A stretch of DNA of 64,000 bases, from NCBI RefSeq assembly GCF_006345805.1, contig NC_042999.1:132618001-132682000 (forward strand). The letters run 5' to 3'. The position numbers and the translations under genes were made by a program. Below, piece after piece: positions 52,427 to 64,000 of the stretch. Each line of letters begins with the position of its first letter. The first letter of the stretch is position 1. The notes beneath the pieces are model-generated. The model was not told where the DNA came from and did no database searches. It was given only the letters and a program-made list of their open reading frames with translations. The stretch is from Octopus sinensis (taxonomy: Eukaryota).

Positions 52427-53172
52427 CATACATGCATTCATATATATATAGTAACATATATTACTAAGAGGGAACGAGTTATACCACTGAACGACAATAC
52501 ACATCCAGCACACCATCTTCCCCGTACTACACCTATCACTCTCAGTCTGTCCGCCTCTCTTCTAATTACAAACCCCTGTCGTCATTAGCAACAATATTTG
52601 ACCCCGGTCACTAATTATTCATGTAATACTGGTCACATACTCCACAAGATTTTTAACCTCTTCTTTAATGAACCCACCTCACCTTGAAGTTAGTCTCTAT
52701 CAATTACTGGAGTCGCCACACTCTATAATGCTCCCTGACATACGGCTGTCCAGCATAATTAATCAGGTGCAGACGTCTCTGTCTTTCATTGTTAGCGACC
52801 CCAATGTCGGCTGGACCTACCATTACTGAAACTGGCAACTTGTCACTCCTGCATGAATATTCCATGAATAGTAATTCCTTCCTGAAGCTCTGCATTTTCC
52901 AATGAAGCTGCAAGAGTTTCCAGTCGACTAAAACTGCCCTCAGGGGAACACAATTTCCTCCAGAGAAAATTTGAGCAAAAACTTTCTTTTGCGTTAATAA
53001 ACTGTCCATACATTTGAAATATGCAAGTCGCTGTCGTTCTCACTGCATGTGTACGTGTATGTGTGTACATACATACATACATACATACATACATACATAC
53101 ATACTACATACATACATACATACATACATACGTACATACATTCATACATGCATACATACATGTATATATAAA

Positions 53173-53217
<45 letters not shown>

Positions 53218-53310
53218 GCACACATATGGATATGTATATATAAATATATGTGTGTAAATGTGTGTTTGTGTGTATGAGTGTGTGTGTGCACGCAGATACT
53301 GACAGACAGA

Positions 53311-53695
53311 TTGTTGTTGGCACTCCGTCGGTTACGACGACGAGCGTTCCAGTTGATCCGATCAACGGAACAGCCTGCTCGTGAAATTAACGTGCAAGTG
53401 GCTGAGCACTCTACAGACACGTGTACCCTTAACCTAGTTCTCGGGGAGATTCAGCGTGACACAGTGTGTGACAAGGCTGGCCCTTTGAAATACAGGTACA
53501 ACAGAAACTGGAAGAAAGAATGAGAGAAAGTTGTGGTGAAAGAGTACAGCAGGGTTCGCCACCAGGGTTTCCGGAGCCTCGTGGAACTTTAGGTGTTTTC
53601 TCTCAATAAACACTCGCAACGCCTGGTCTGGGAATCGAAACCGCGATCCTATGACCGCGAGTCCGCTGCCCTAATCACTGGGCCATTGCGCCTCT
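53311..53695 (-). mobile_element. tRNA-derived SINE (ggaggcgcaatggcccagtg head)
   Basis: Head at 53695-53620; tail ...cgtcgtcgtaaccgacggagtgccaacaacaa shared with 61073-61240. Confidence 0.85.
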
Positions 53696-54352
53696 AATGA
53701 CAGATAGATAGATACATACATACATACACCCACCCACACTCACATACATACAAATATACATACATAAATACATACATACATACACATATATATACATACA
53801 TGCATGCATACATACATACATATATATATAAAGATATATGTTTGGCAGAATAAACAAAATAAATTGCGTTGTGTTCTTGAGCAAATCCTTTCATCTCACA
53901 TTTCTCTACAATCACATCAACATCTAACATATGACATACCTGCACCTGTGTAAGCAATGTGGATTTGGAGGACAGAGTGAGCACAGTACAAGCATTTGAT
54001 CGTTATAAACAAAATCGTTTGTGTATGGATTCCTTAAGATAATGCGGAACTCTCATCTGCCGTTTACGACAGGAGAGTGCACAATATATAACTTATTTCA
54101 GCCATGCTGGAGCACCGCCTTGAATGGTTTTGATCGAACAAGTCGAACCCAGGATTTATAATATTTTTAAAACTCTAGTACTATTTTATCGGTCACTTGT
54201 GCCAAACTGCTAAATTACGGGCACATAAAGACACCAACACCAGCTGTTAAGCATCGGTCAGGGACAATAACAGTCACAAAAAACACTACATATAGACACA
54301 TATGTATGTGCGTATATATATATACACATACACACACATACATATATGTATA

Positions 54353-55968
54353 CACTGGCCAAAATAAATTTAAGACCGATGATAAAAGTTCTATTTCTTA
54401 CAAAATATTTTGTTACTAACACCATACAAATTATCCTTACCTTTTACACCTTATGCAGAATTTATTTCTCTTTCGAATGATGCGGACAATAACTATTTTT
54501 TATACAACTTGAAGAATTCTAATGCTAAATTAATATAAACGTTTCAAATTTACTGGCAAAATTAGTTTAAGATTGTAGCAAAAATGATCAACGATCAACA
54601 AGAACGAAATACATATAAGTACTTTGTGCCGTAGCCTTTATTCTAAACAACGGCTGAACAATGCCTTGGCATTGAATTCGCTAAGTGATTACAAAATTCT
54701 ATGGGAATGTTTTGCCATATTTCATTGATATAATCGAATAATTGTTTTAGATTAGATGGTTTTTTAGCATGGACTTTTTTTGGAAACATAATTCCACAAG
54801 TTCTCGATCGGATTCAGGTCTGGGATCTGAGGAGGCCATTCCATTACGTCAATATTATGGTGATCAAAAAATTCCATAACCTTTTTGCCTTTGTGCACAG
54901 GACTATTGTCTTGCTGATAAATAGCTCCCGGAGGTATTTGGTGAGTCAAATATGGCACAACATTATCCTTTAGTAAATTCATATAACCAACATTATTTAG
55001 CTTTCCATCAACTTTAACTAGAGGGCCAACACCAAAGCTACTAAATGCTGCCCACACCATCACATCCCCATCCTCCGTTTACGCTGTCTTTTTCACGCAT
55101 TTCGGATGGAATTCCTCGGTTGGGCGACGTCTGACGTATGTTTTACCATCTGATCCAAACATACAGAAACGTGACTCGTCACTCCAAAGGATCCTACACC
55201 AATCTTCGGCAGTCCATTGAGCATGGCTTTCTGTGAAATTAAGGCGTTTGAGTCGATTTCGTTGGGATATTATTGGCTTTTTCCTAGCGATTCGTCTATA
55301 TAGTCCAAATTCTCTCAAACGGTTGCGGACGGTTTGTGGTGTAAAAATAACACCATTCTCGTTGGATAATTGTTTACAAATGTCAACGGCTGTCAGCATT
55401 CGGTTGCCTTCCGAAAGTCGGTGGATTCGGCGGGCCAACTGCGCCGTCGTTTTTCTTGGGCTGCCAGTCCTTTACCGATCTTTATATTGACCAGTCTCCG
55501 AGTATAACTCACACACTTGCACGCAAGCCATTTTACTGCACTTCAGTTGCTTGCTGATGTTCGAAAGGGAAACTTTTTACTGGTGGAGTAATACGATTTT
55601 TGCTCTTGTAACTGGACTGAGGCTTCGTTGTTTTCTCATTATTAATCAATTGTATAATAACGTTAAATTATAACACTATATAGTGCAGTTAGGCTAGTTG
55701 TGTGACCACCCATTTTGGCAAAAAAATTTGCATATATATTACATGGTCTTAAACACTAATTTTGCCGGTAAATTCGAAACGTTTATATTAATTTAGCATT
55801 AGAAATTCTTCAAGTCGTATAAAAATAGTTATTGGCTGCATCATTCGAAAGAGAAATAAATTCTGCATAAGGTGTAAAAGATAAAAATAATTTGTATGGT
55901 GTTAGTAACAAAATATTTAGTAAGATATAGAACTTTTATCATGGGTCTTAAATTAATTTTGGCCAGTG
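54353..55968 (-). mobile_element. Full-length IR/DR-type Tc1 transposon (1616 bp, ~220-bp TIRs, TA TSD)
   Basis: TA|CACTGGCCAAAAT... and ...ATTTTGGCCAGTG|TA; TIR homology to 54573/55745 with inner repeats tactggcaaaattagtttaag / cttaaacactaattttgccggta. Confidence 0.95.
54616..55639 (-). pseudogene. Tc1 DD34E transposase with 2 or more stops and 2 frameshifts
   Basis: MRKQRSLSPVTRAKIV...; WCRILWSDESRF; VMVWAAF; QQDNSPVH...PDLNPIENLW (34 residues between D and E). Confidence 0.9.
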
Positions 55969-56024
55969 TATATATATATACACACATACATATATATATA
56001 TATATATACATACATACCTACATA

Positions 56025-56057
<33 letters not shown>

Positions 56058-56141
56058 CATACATACATACATACATACATACATACAACATATATACATA
56101 CACACACACGTACAAACACACACAACACCACACACACACAC

Positions 56142-56172
<31 letters not shown>

Positions 56173-56407
56173 GTATCTGCTAGATTCATTCATAAAGTTG
56201 TAGTAGAAGACGCCCTGTGGCATTGAACCCGAAATCACTTGGCTGCAAGCAATCTTCTTAATCACAAAGCCATACCTAACTCTATACTCTAAAGAAGTAA
56301 TTCTTTGTAGTCACTCGAAAACGAATTTCCTGTTCTAACATCTTACAAATGCAGGACATATAGCATATCCAAGTTGCGTATATAAATAATATGTATACCT
56401 GTAGCAA

Positions 56408-56447
<40 letters not shown>

Positions 56448-57032
56448 ATAGAGAGAGAGACAGAGACAGAGACAGGGAGAGATAAAGAGAGAGAGAGAGG
56501 GAGGAGGGGGAAAAAGGGAGGAAGAGGGAGAGATCGCTTCTTAGCCAAAGTCGGCAAATGAAAGCAAACATAATGGAAAGCGGGTTCCCTTTCCATTATA
56601 GTTTACTTATCAAAGATTGAGTGTGACTAAACAGTAAAAACAGTGGCTGAATGTTTGAAACTTTCATTTCACAACTGCGATATCATGGGTTCGATCCCGC
56701 AACATTGCATTTGATCATTTGTCGTTTTCCATTACCCGGCGTCTACCTTACCTTACGAAGAGGGGCTACATGTCTGTAAATGTGAGTGAATGTCATTATA
56801 CGTATGTGTCCGTGTGAATGTATAGTGAATGTTATGTATATGTATATATATAAATATTATATATAATTTATTATATATATATATATGTAGGTCCCGGGTT
56901 GGAGTCGGGGGTAACCACAGTAAATAAGGTACTCAATACATAGCGAGTAAATTAATTTATTTTATAGAAGAAACAGTTCTAGTCCTGTAGAAGTCCTTCT
57001 ATAAAATAAATTATATATATAATTAATATATA

Positions 57033-57073
<41 letters not shown>

Positions 57074-57169
57074 TAATGTATATATATATATGTATATATA
57101 TATATAATATATATATATATTATATATATATATATATATTATATATATATATAATATATATTATATATA

Positions 57170-57396
57170 AGGCGAGCTGGCAGAAACGTTAGCGCGCCGG
57201 GCGAAATGCTTAGCGGTATTTCGTCTGTCGTTACGTTCTGAGTTCAAATTCCGCCGAGGTCGACTTTGCCTTTCATCCTCTCGGGGTCGATAAATAAAGT
57301 GCCAGTTTGACACTGGGTCGATATAAACGACTTAATCCCTTTGTCTGTCCTTGTTTGTCCCCTCTATAGTTAGCCCCTTGTGGGTAGTAAAGAAAT
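57170..57396 (+). mobile_element. SINE family B with Tx1-like tail
   Basis: aggcgagctggcagaaacg...ttgtttgtcccctctatagttagccccttgtgggtagtaaagaaat. Confidence 0.9.
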
Positions 57397-57400
57397 ATAT

Positions 57401-57980
57401 ATGTGGTCTCCCTACACAAACCAAAATATTATGAGAATTGAAGCTCCCCAAAGGTCAATCACAAAAAAGATAGATGGCATGTCAGACCTTGACTACTGGG
57501 GTAGACTAGAGAAGCTGAAACTGTATTCACTCCAACGACGCCGTGAACGCTACATTATCTCTATGATGTGGAAAATATTCCATCAGCACTGTCCGAATGA
57601 TGTTGGCATCACCTTTAAAATACATCCAAGGCTTGGACCACGTGCCATCCTTCCACAACAAAAATCTAAATCGCATCACATAACGACAATACGGCACAAC
57701 TATTTCACCTCAATTGGACCCGCTCTCTTCAACATTACACCAGGACACGTCAAAAAAGAAACTGACCACACAAAATTCAAGAAGTCTTTGGACAAATTCC
57801 TTCAAACAGTCTCGGACAAACCACCCACACCCGGATATGTCTCCGCAAACAATAATTCTCTGCTCGAATGGGCCTTGGTGCCCAAATCCTGAATTGAAAG
57901 ACTTCGCCAGGTGGTGCTATCAAATTAGACATGGCCTGGGTCAATACTGGCCAAAACCTTTCTAAGTTATTCTAAGTTAT
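57401..57980 (+). mobile_element. CR1/L2-group LINE 3' end
   Basis: WSPYTNQNIMRIEAPQRSITKKIDGMSDLDYWGRLEKLKLYSLQRRRERY...FKKSLDKFL; short 3' UTR ending (TTCTAAGTTA)2. Confidence 0.88.
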
Positions 57981-58860
57981 ATATATACATATATACATGT
58001 ATATAGATAGATAGATATAGATATAGATATAGTCTTACAGCTATTTGTGGGATATTATGGATATCCCTACATCAGAGACGATGTGAGATTGTTAAATTTA
58101 GGTCTCAATCATTTGCTACTACATATATGGACATGCAAGCGGATACATGTGTGTGTGTAAATGTGTGTGCATGTATATTTATGTATTTATGTATGTGGGC
58201 ATATGTAGGAAGCCGAACGTAAACAAACATGGAGGGTTGTTAGATCAGAACGAGGAAAATAGTGAACGCTGGGAGAAGCATTTTTTTAAAGAGAAAAGGG
58301 AGAAGAGAGAGAGAGGAGAGAGAGAGGTAAACATGTCCGTTCTTTTAAACCTTCGTGCAGGAAAAGAAAAATGGTCACGTGAAGAAAAGAAAGATGGACG
58401 ATGGTCACGTGTGAGCAACGAGAGAGAGAAAGAGGGAGAGACAGACAGATGGAAAACGGTTGGAGGGAGGAGGTGAATAAGAGAATTAGAAAAGGAAGGA
58501 GGAAGCAAACAGTATAGAGTAGAGAAATGCATCACAAAGGTGAAGATAAACTTGCTTGGAGATGGATGCGTCGTGTTCAATTAAATAAATAATATTATTT
58601 TAGAATTTATAGAAGCGAAAATTATTTTTCGTCTGTGGAGACTTATTTTTGTAGTAAAAGGAAATAGTAGTCTTTTGGCTGCTATTTCTAAAATTTTCGG
58701 TATATGGTTTAAGAAACTTTTTGCAAAAAGCACTTATTATTATAATTATATAAATTTACCGAATATGGTCCTCTTCCATACCGAAATACTACTAGGTGAA
58801 ATTTGTTGATTTTATTAAATTAATTACATTTCACCCTATAACTGTAATGACTATATATGT

Positions 58861-58908
<48 letters not shown>

Positions 58909-58927
58909 ATATATAATATAATATATA

Positions 58928-58961
<34 letters not shown>

Positions 58962-59732
58962 TGTGTGTGTGTGTGTGTGTGTGTGTTGTGTGTGTGTGTG
59001 TGTGTGGTGTGTGTGGTGTGTGCGTGTATATGTATATAACTATCGACGGAAGCAGTATTAATTTTAAAATGTGAATCTTACACTCAGCTTAGAATATCGA
59101 ATATTGTGTTATTTGGTGTTTATAAGCACACACACAGATCGTAGCATATGGGAATCGACCGTTATGGACGCCGGAATTCCCATTTTGTGATTTCATTCTA
59201 CAGGAAATCATTAGTAGGAAGTGTCCGGTCAGTGCATGCCAGTAAAACCTCGCTGCTACGATATATGGAATATAAGCATCTTTTCATACACGCCTCGTCG
59301 CAAATAGCTAGTAGATGTATTAAAAATTAATTATTAGCAGTAGAAGCAGTCTTAACACTAAAAAGTTACCTTTACATCTAACTAAACATGCATGCCTGAT
59401 CAGAACGCCAAATACTGCGTTATTAACCTCGAGAGATGTTTTCATGTACGCATTTGGTTCATAAAACTACACACAGATCGTATATATAGTCGATCGTCAG
59501 GCGTTGAGTCACGAAGAAACATATCCTCCACAACATATACTGTGCATTCCTTTCTCATTCTTTCGATATTAAACAACGTACGTGAATATAACACATATTT
59601 GTGTGCGTGTAAGCATATAAATGCATATACATATACATATATACAAACATATAAATACAAACACCACACACTTAAGCACACACAAATATACATACACAAA
59701 CACACACGCACACGTACAGACATATGATATAA

Positions 59733-59791
<59 letters not shown>

Positions 59792-59796
59792 GTAGC

Positions 59797-60541
59797 CAAT
59801 TCAAGGAACAAACAATTAAAAAACAGGAAAAAAAAGAAAAGAAAAAGAAAGTGAGGATGTGCACAAGCAATATATTAATTTGTTGTTAACGTTTCGAGCA
59901 TTGCTCTTCGTCGGAAAAAGAAAAATCCAAAGACAAGGAAGTAAAAAATAGTGAAAAATCGCTAACAATCAACGTGCGGCTACATTTCTGAAGTGACCGG
60001 AACTGGAAGGAGGAAGAGAAAGTTGTTTCTGGGACAGGAGAGTTTGAAGATGGTTATTGTGTGTGCGCGTGTGTGTGTGTGTGGTAGTACCTATGTGTCT
60101 GTGTTTGTGTGGGTCATCTGTGAGTGTGTGTTAGGATCTGTGAGCGTGTGTGTATATCTCGCACATAAATCCCACGACACACAGGCGACTCACACAAATG
60201 CGAACACATACACACAGTTACTACCACACACACACACATGCGCTATCACACACACGCACATGCTACCACACACAGAGAGATATAGTGACCATCTTCACAC
60301 TCACCTGTCCTAGAAACATCTTTCTCTTCCTCCTTCCATTTGCGGTCACTTGAAAAATGTAACCGCACGTGATTGCTGGCGATTTTTCCTTATTTTTCCA
60401 TCTTTGTCTTTGGAGTTTTCTCTTTCCGACGAAGAGCTATGCTCGAAACCTTAACAACTCTCTCCTTTCACTGAGCATCAAATTAATGCGTTACTTGTGC
60501 ACGTTCTTTTTCTCTGTTTCTTAATTTGGTTTTTTGAATTG
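59797..60541. mobile_element. Inverted pair of PLE terminal repeats, each with a minimal hammerhead
   Basis: 59886-59920 (minus) CCGACGA AGAGC AAT GCTC GAAACGTT; 60421-60460 (plus) CCGACGA AGAGC TAT GCTC GAAACCTT; arms homologous over ~250 bp. Confidence 0.7.
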
Positions 60542-60989
60542 ATTATTTACTGCATGGTCACACAGACCGGCCCCGACCTTCCAACTGTTTTGGAGTACCT
60601 GACTCATGGATTTCTCTCTACCGTTGGATTAAATCACCTATTTATTCATTTGGAGTACGTCATTTCTGCACATTTGATTGTGTGTGTATATATATATGTA
60701 TACATACACACACACAATAGGTGATGTAATTCAATAGTAGAGAGAAATCCATGAGTCAGGTACTCCAATATATACATATATATATACATATATAAAGTTA
60801 TCGGTAAAGTTTTGATTTTCACTCTCGATAATTCATCCCCTTTTGTGTTCCAGCATCGGCATCTTATTTAGGAGCCCTTATTGTATACTACATGAATAAA
60901 TTTTTCTATATGAATATATTTTGTCTTATGACTAATTCGTCTTTTGTGCTGGGCACCTGGTAGTAAATAATATTACTACCCTTCTTGTT

Positions 60990-61039
<50 letters not shown>

Positions 61040-61070
61040 GTGTGTCTGTGTGTGTCTGTGTGTGTGTATA

Positions 61071-61386
61071 ACTGCCATTCTGTCGGTTACGACGACCAGG
61101 GTTCCAGTTGATCCGATCAACGAAGCAATCTGCTCGTGAAATTAATATGCAAGTGGCTGAGCACTCCATATATACACGTACCCTTAACGAAGTTCTCGGA
61201 AAGATTCAACATGACACAGAATGTTACATGGCTGGTCCTTTAAAATACAGATACTATTCCTGTGTGTCAGCTGAGTGGACTGGAGCAACGTGAAATAAAG
61301 TGTCTTGCTCAAGGAAACAATGCGTCGCCGGGAATCGAACCCACGATCGTGAGTCGAATATCCTAACTGCTACGCCACGCATCTTC
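61071..61386 (-). mobile_element. tRNA-derived SINE (family C-type head, 53311-type tail)
   Basis: gttacgacgaccagggttccagttgatccgatcaacg...gagtggactggagcaacgtgaaataaagtgtcttgctc...gaatcgaaccc. Confidence 0.8.
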
Positions 61387-61435
61387 ATCATCCGTATGTG
61401 TTTGTGTGCATGTGTGTGTGTGTATGTGTGTGTGT

Positions 61436-61474
<39 letters not shown>

Positions 61475-61792
61475 AAGTGTGTGTGTGTGTGTGTTATCAG
61501 TAGATCTTCCTACTTCTGTGTTCGTTTCCATTTCAAATTGTCTTTTGTTTTTCTCATTTACATGTCTATTACCCAACTACTTATCTTAAGCCCTACTCTC
61601 TACAATCTTTCTCTCTCTCTCTCTCTCTTTGCCTCTCTCTTTACAAGCACACAAATCTGTGTACATACACGCACACGCACATATATGTATGTGTATATAT
61701 AAATATATATATATATATATATACATGTGTGTGTGTGTACGTACATACACACACACATATATATTATATATATACATGTGTGTGTGTGTACG

Positions 61793-61847
<55 letters not shown>

Positions 61848-62296
61848 GTTCGTGTGTATGTGTTTTTGTCTTTTTGGTACTGTCAACTCCTTTTCGTTGT
61901 CTCTTTTACAGTTGTCTCTAAATAACACTAATTAACTTTCCATTCTAACAGAATATTCTTCTAGTCTGTGGTACAAACCTTCTTCCAATCACCTCAGTAA
62001 TTCCACGCCATCATCTTTTGTTCATGCCAAATTTTTACTTGCTCACTCTCAGCTGAAACTGGAATTTTATTTTCCCATTTCGGAATCCTCTGGGATTGTC
62101 CTGACATCTCTGAAGTGGACGTGTGAACAAAGAATGCAATAAAGGTAGAAAATTACCATTGCACTCCCTACATTTCCCTTTTCCTAGCATGTTTCAGAGT
62201 TTTACAGGAAACAACCTGGCGAAAATTAGAAATCAAACTGTCAAACCAAAACAATAATATACCGAACAAACCAAACCAAAGTTATATACTGAGCAA

Positions 62297-62558
62297 AAGC
62301 GGCAAACTGGCAGAATCGTTAGCGTGCTGATCGAAATACTTAGCGACACTTCTTCAGACTTACTTTCTGAGTTCAATTTCAGCCGAGAGCGACACTTCTT
62401 CAGACTTACTTTCTGAGTTCAGTTTCAGCCGAGATCGGCTTGGCTTTTTATCCTTTCCTGGTTGATAAAATAAGTACCAGTCGAATACCTGGGGTCTATG
62501 TAATCGACTTGACACCCTCTTCTCAAAATCGCAGGCTTTGTGTTTATAGTAAAAGACT
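62297..62558 (+). mobile_element. SINE family B (tail type 2) with internal 46-bp tandem duplication
   Basis: agcgacacttcttcagacttactttctgagttca(a/g)tttcagccgag occurs twice. Confidence 0.8.
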
Positions 62559-62560
62559 AC

Positions 62561-62612
<52 letters not shown>

Positions 62613-62869
62613 TCTTAGCCATAAGTCGGCAAATGAAAGCAAACATATACCGGAAAGCGGGTTCCCTTTCCATTGTAGCTTACTTATCAAAGATTGATCT
62701 GTGACTAAACAGCAAAAACAGTGGCTGGTTGTTTAAAGTTTCCTGGGTTGGAAAATTATAAACTAAGCAAGCATGAATGAGAATAAACCTGAATATTGCA
62801 AACTTAGAGAAAAGTGTTCGATCCCAAAAGAAAATTGAAAAACAATGAGAATATTAGTAATTTTTTTAT

Positions 62870-63174
62870 CGTTTACTTGTTTCAGTTTTTGTGCTGTGGC
62901 CATGCTGGGTCATCGCCTAGAATGGGTTTAGCCGAACAAATCGACCCTAGTGTTTTTTAAGTATGGTGCTTCTTCTATCGGTCTTTTTTTGTCGAAACAC
63001 TATATTACAAAAACGTAAACAAACCAACATCGGTTGTGAGGCACGGGGAGGTCATACACAAATACAAAATGCACCCCCACACCACCCACACACCCACACA
63101 CGCACCGACATATAAGCATGCATATATATATATATATGTATGTGTATGTATATATATATCTATATCAATCAATC

Positions 63175-63219
<45 letters not shown>

Positions 63220-63423
63220 CATATACAAACACTTCTATGCACATCTATATACATACATATACCCACTGACAAATATACATGCATATTTCTATGTATGTGT
63301 ATACACACACACACACACACATATATATACACAATATATATATTATATATATGATATGATATATATATATATATATAAATATAAATGTATATATTTGTAT
63401 CTCTCTCTCTCTCATATATATAC

Positions 63424-63481
<58 letters not shown>

Positions 63482-63508
63482 CATACATAATATATATATA
63501 TATTATAT

Positions 63509-63556
<48 letters not shown>

Positions 63557-63870
63557 ATATTCGGAATGGTCCTTTTTGCCAGTTTAGCCAATAAAAACAC
63601 ACGCACTATATATTTATTGGCTAACTGGCAAAATGACCATTCCGAATATAGCAATATCTGTTTCAACACACGACTTCACATAAAAAATCTTGCACAACAA
63701 ATAATATATATACATACATATATATATATATATATATATGACGGGCCTCCGTCCAGCAAATTCACTCATTCCGTATTGATCGGCCTGAGGCAGTAGTAGA
63801 AGGCAGTTGTCCAAGGTGCTGCGCAGTGCGACAGAACCCAGCGAGCTTTTTAACTAAACAGCCATATTAA
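62870..63870 (-). mobile_element. SINE family A, expanded by internal microsatellites and a hairpin insert
   Basis: Tail ttacttgtttcag...ggccatgctgg at 62875; head aattcactca...ccaaggtgctgcgcagtgcgacagaaccc at 63750-63870. Confidence 0.6.
63549..63657. repeat. Fold-back hairpin, ~46-bp arms with a 17-nt loop
   Basis: atattgttatattcggaatggtcctttttgccagtttagccaataaa / tttattggctaactggcaaaatgaccattccgaatatagcaatat. Confidence 0.9.
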
Positions 63871-63965
63871 TTAAAAAATATACCACCCATCTTTATGTAT
63901 TGGAGTTGATGCTGGACGGTAAGCCATATCTAACGATTCAATCTGCTCGCTGCTTTTTAATAATG

Positions 63966-64000
<35 letters not shown>

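Larger units (their letters stand above)
54090..56280 (-). mobile_element. SINE family A split by the Tc1 insertion (tail 54090-54290, head 56180-56280)
   Basis: ttcagccatgctggagcaccgcc tail on the left; gtagtagaagacgccc...attgaacccgaaatcac head on the right. Confidence 0.6.

Noticed and set aside
52704-53094. Two overlapping non-repetitive ORFs; QEGITIHGIFMQ faintly resembles a dynein C-terminal motif
   Set aside because: A stop follows immediately, there are no good splice sites, and the similarity is too short.
62047-62109. 63-nt symmetric minus-strand exon candidate
   Set aside because: Plausible splice sites, but the peptide is unrecognised and such pairs are expected by chance in 64 kb.

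Overview
Eukaryotic, AT-rich, microsatellite-saturated non-coding DNA. The SINE families and repeat landscape look like an octopod cephalopod (Octopus-like); this is my inference, not verified. I found no host protein-coding gene I can support, and nearly all computed ORFs are translations of microsatellites or transposon remnants. The window is a pile-up of mobile elements: R4/Dong-clade RLE retrotransposons, a cluster of six Tx1-clade L1 pieces (one with a ~550-aa stop-free RT region), a CR1/L2 3' end, Penelope-like (PLE) fragments with a GIY-YIG domain and hammerhead-like motifs, a full-length IR/DR DD34E Tc1, DD37D (maT) and mariner derivatives, a non-autonomous Helitron, a 280-bp solo LTR with a 5-bp TSD, and many tRNA-derived SINEs. 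The main observations are: (1) three non-LTR families each appear to insert strand-specifically into a different microsatellite, (TAA)n, (TCTA)n or (CATA)n; (2) one SINE family carries the Tx1 3' end as one of two alternative tails; (3) a complete canonical type I hammerhead ribozyme lies at 32872-32919, alongside several PLE-type minimal hammerheads with atypical cores; (4) many fold-back inverted repeats could form long dsRNA. Boundaries were read by eye and most are approximate to tens of bases unless a TSD or TIR is quoted.
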